NCBI GenBank assembly: GCA_002269645.1
Contig: NIVC01000020.1
Span: 1,178,001 to 1,242,000, forward strand
Direction of reading: 5' to 3'
Length of the DNA stretch: 64,000 nt
From: Macrostomum lignano
Lineage: Eukaryota
The translations under genes were made by a program, and so were the position numbers. A model generated the notes under the pieces. It worked only from the letters and a program-made list of their open reading frames with translations. It did not search any database and was not told the DNA's origin. Shown piece after piece: positions 60,538 to 64,000 of this stretch. Within the stretch, counting starts at the first letter, position 1, and each line of letters opens with the position of its first letter.

Positions 60538-63410
60538 GAGGACCCGGCGCTAGAGATCCATTTCAAGGGCCACAAGGACGCCATCACCAGCGTTGACTTC
60601 TCGCCCAACGGCAAGCAGCTGGTGTCCGGCTCTCTGGATGGCAACCTCACCATATGGAACTTCAGGCCGCAGTCCCGCGCCTTCCGCTTCATGGGCCACA
60701 AGGAGGCCGTGATGGGCGTCCGCTTCTCCCCCACCGGCCAGCTGGTCGCCTCCGCCTCTCGCGACAAAACCGTTCGCCTGTGGACGCCGAGCGTCAAAGG
60801 CGAGAGCACCGCTTTCCGTGGCCACACGGCCGGCGTGCGGGCCGTTGACTTCACCGCCGACAACGAGCGGCTGCTCACCGGCTCGGACGACAAGACCGTG
60901 AAAGTGTGGACTGTGCAGCGGCAGAAGTTCCTGTTCTCCCTCAGCCGCCACGTGAACTGGGTGAAGTGCGCTCGGTTCAGCCCCGAGGGCCGCCTCATCG
61001 TGTCCGGCTCGGATGACAAAACCGTGCGCCTGTGGGACTGCCAGTCGCAGGACTGCGTCAGCACCTTCCAGGAGCACGGCGGCCTGGTCAACGATGTGCA
61101 GTTCCACCCGGCCGGCAACTGTGTGGCCGCGGCCGCCTCGGACGGGTCCGTGAAGATCTGGGACATCCGCATGAACAAGCTGGTGCAGCACTACCCGGTG
61201 CACGAGGGCCCCGCCAATGGCATCGCCTTCCATCCCAGCGGCAACTTCCTGCTGTCCGCCGGCGACGACTCCACCCTGCGCCTGTACGACCTGCTGGAGG
61301 GCCGCCTCATCTACACGCTGCGCGGCCACGACGGCGCCGTCACCGCCTGCAGCTTCAGCGTGTGCGGCGCCAACTTCGCGTCAGGCGGCGCCGATCAGCA
61401 GGTGTTCCTGTGGCGGACCAACTTCGATCAGGGCGCTGGTGGAGCGCCGCAGGCGGAGACCATGGAGGTTGGCGAGGTGAGGCTGCGGCTAGAGTCGCCT
61501 GACGCGTCCTGGGTTTCTGGGTGTTTCTGGTTTCCAATTCGGGTTTAACGCACAGAAGCGCTGAGGGGGACCCGAAAGGCACAGTGAAATTTCAGTTACT
61601 GGGTGTGTTTTGCTTCTCTAGGGTTCGAGCTGTCAACACCTGTCGAATATTTAACCTTCACATCACCATGCTGAACTCTCGCAGCCGGCTCAGCCGCGCA
61701 AACAGCAGCAGGACGGAAGCCGACCCAGCCGCCAGTCCGGACACCAGCAGCAGCCTCTGGCCGGCCAGCGATCGGCCGAGCTGGCCAGCAGCTCCCGTCT
61801 CGTCACCGACGTTGGCCGGCACGGCGGCCGAGGCCCTTCGTCGGCATTCGATGACAGCCTGCCGCGGCCGAGTCTGGCGGCGCCAGTCAACGGCGGCGGG
61901 GTGGCGGCCGTCGGCAGCTCAACTGAGCAGCAGCAGCAGCAGCCGGGCTCTGTGCCGCCCGTCATTGCCAACACGCTGGAGCACGTTGTCAGGCAGCTGG
62001 ACATCCTCACGCAGGTGCGTGATTGGAGTGCCGAATTTGCACACTTTCTAGTGTGAACGGTGGGACCTGTTCACCCTGGCAATGCTGGCAGATTTGCACA
62101 CTTTCTAGTGTGAACGGTGGGACCTGTTCACCCTGACAATGCTGGCAGATTTGCACACTTTCTAGTGTGAACGGTGGGACCTGTTCACCCTGACAATGCT
62201 GGCAGATTTGCACTATTTTCTAGTGTGAACGGTGGGACCTGTTCACCCTGACAATGCTGGCAGATTTGCACACTTTCTAGTGTGAACGGTGGGACCTGTT
62301 CACCCTGACAATGCTGGCAGATTTGCACTATTTTCTAGTGTGAACGGTGGGACCTGTTCACCCTGGCAATGCTGGCAGATTTGCACTATTTTCTAGTGTG
62401 AACGGTGGGACCTGTTCACCCTGGCAATGCTGGCAGATTTGCACTATTTTCTAGTGTGAACGGTGGGACCTGTTCACCCTGGCAATGCTGGCAGATTTGC
62501 ACTATTTTCTAGTGTGAACGGTGGGACCTGTTCACCCTGACAATGCTGGCAGATTTGCACACTTTCTAGTGTGAACGGTGGGACCTGTTCACCCTGACAA
62601 TGCTGGCAGATTTGCACACTTTCTAGTGTGAACGGTGGGACCTGTTCACCCTGACAATGCTGGCAGATTTGCACTATTTTCTAGTGTGAACGGTGGAATC
62701 TGTTCACCCTGGCAATGCTGGCAGATTTGCACTATTTTCTAGTGTGAACGGTGGAATCTGTTCACCCTGGCAATGCTGGCAGATTTGCACTATTTTCTAG
62801 TGTGAACGGTGGAATCTGTTCACCCTGACAATGCTGGCAGATTTGCACTATTTTCTAGTGTGAACGGTGGAATCTGTTCACCCTGACAATGCTGGCAGAT
62901 TTGCACTATTTTCTAGTGTGAACGGTGGAATCTGTTCACCCTGACAATGCTGGCAGATTTGCACTATTTTCTAGTGTGAACGGTGGGACCTGTTCACCCT
63001 GACAATGCTGGCAGATTTGCACTATTTTCTAGTGTGAACGGTGGGACCTGTTCACCCTGACAATGCTGGCAGATTTGCACTATTTTCTAGTGTGAACGGT
63101 GGGACCTGTTCACCCTGGCATTGTGGCAACGCTGGTAGATTTGCACTTTCCTAGAAATCGAATTCGAACTCGTGATAGTCCAGCATCCTGCGTGTTGTCA
63201 GCTGGTCTCAACCGCTGAGAGAGGACCCCAGTCGCTGACACATTTGTAGTTCGGTTTAACTATCATATATGCATCAATGGCTGCCATTTGTCATATCAAG
63301 TCATACCCCCCGCATTGCAGACCGTGTCAATCCTGGAGCAGCGGCTCACCTTGACGGAGAACAAGCTGAAGGACGTGCTGGACTCGCAGAGGCCACCGTC
63401 AGCCAAGTAG
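60538..63410 (+). CDS. POC1: POC1 centriolar WD40 protein; exons 60538-61476, 61685-62014, 63321-63410 (first coding exon lies upstream, candidate 41605-41622)
   Basis: [28 protein letters not shown] start, seven WD40 repeats, and the C-terminal Poc1 motif [16 protein letters not shown]|[17 protein letters not shown]; all junctions phase 0. Confidence 0.95.
62035..63120. repeat. 57/58-bp tandem array (~19 copies) filling the last POC1 intron
   Basis: Unit GCAGATTTGCACACTTTCTAGTGTGAACGGTGGGACCTGTTCACCCTGACAATGCTG; starts ~20 nt after the donor at 62015. Confidence 0.97.
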
Positions 63411-63459
63411 CTGCTGACAGAAAGCTGCAGTCGCAGAGCTGGCTGGCATTGAGCAGGCT

Positions 63460-63495
63460 GGCATTGAGCAGGCTGGCATTGAGCAGGCTGGCGCA
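63460..63495. repeat. 15-bp tandem repeat (GCTGGCATTGAGCAG) in the POC1 3' region
   Basis: About 2.5 copies visible. Confidence 0.8.
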
Positions 63496-63950
63496 CCAGC
63501 TCACTGATGACTTTGCAGTTGCTTTCTGCTCTGTGCTGCTCTCCGTTGCTGTTTTTTCCTGATCTGGGCGGGCCCGATCGTCACGTGTTCCACTGTATTT
63601 GTGTGACAATTCAAAACTGCTAGGGATCTACTTTGTTGGGATTCTGGCGAGCTCAAATAGAGAATTTAGCCTCGCTTAGCTTCATCTCTCCGTCCGTTGG
63701 CTGCCAATCAAGTTATTAGCATTCCCATATTGTTTCATTCTAATGCCGGTTTTGCGAACTAGGCGAAATATTTTGACTTAATTGTTCTTGCGTTCAGTTT
63801 GCTGCTAATATTAAATGAATTATTACTTATGCGACATTGCCTGGGAGAGATCCTGTGCGGCTTGGCTTGTCTTATTTCAATTGCCAATCAAATTTTAATT
63901 AAGAGGCTGTAGTAATAGTGTTAAGACTAAATTGATTCTTTTAATGCCCT

Positions 63951-64000
63951 CAGACTGAGCAGCCAGCCTCCCAGATCCTCAGGCTGAGCAGCCAGCCTCC
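63951..64000. repeat. Start of another ~30-bp tandem array (CAG.CTGAGCAGCCAGCCTCCCAGATCCT), truncated by the window end
   Basis: Two copies visible at the edge. Confidence 0.6.

Noticed and set aside
61622-61684. Acceptor at 61621 as the start of the next POC1 exon
   Set aside because: It introduces an in-frame TAA at 61652; the acceptor at 61684 restores the frame.
1-64000. tRNA, rRNA, snRNA or spliced-leader RNA genes
   Set aside because: No cloverleaf/T-loop, rRNA or SL/Sm-site signature was recognised by eye; an Infernal/tRNAscan run would be needed to exclude them.

Overview
This is eukaryotic (metazoan) genomic DNA, not prokaryotic. The mix of GC-rich, intron-poor coding exons, minisatellite-filled introns and AT-rich, transposon-littered long introns suggests a flatworm such as Macrostomum (inference only). 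Genes recognised from hand-built, phase-checked splice models: an MS4A/CD20-like tetraspan protein (-), an intronless LAMMER kinase CLK/Doa (+), a centrin/calmodulin-like EF-hand protein (+), LIN52 (-) head-to-head with TOMM20 (+), a 1127-aa C2H2 zinc-finger protein (+), CLCC1-like (+), an ALKBH3-like dioxygenase with an RS-rich/PAM2 N-terminus (+), an uncharacterised multi-exon gene (-, about 41.5-37.3 kb) and POC1 (+). Mobile DNA includes hAT-like MITEs, a P-element-like THAP element with a perfect 8-bp TSD, mariner/Tc1 remnants, two RNase-H-bearing LINE fragments and a Gypsy-like remnant with an extra ORF. The most notable signals are: (1) unrelated tandem arrays (24, 30/36, 31, 52, 57/58 bp) that fill introns almost from splice site to splice site, some copying the splice signals themselves, including ten identical copies of a predicted 3' splice site plus exon start; (2) a PAM2 (PABP-binding) motif fused to an AlkB demethylase; (3) sharp GC switches between exons of the same gene. 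No tRNA, rRNA or CRISPR array could be supported. All homology calls are from motif recognition by eye; no database search was run.
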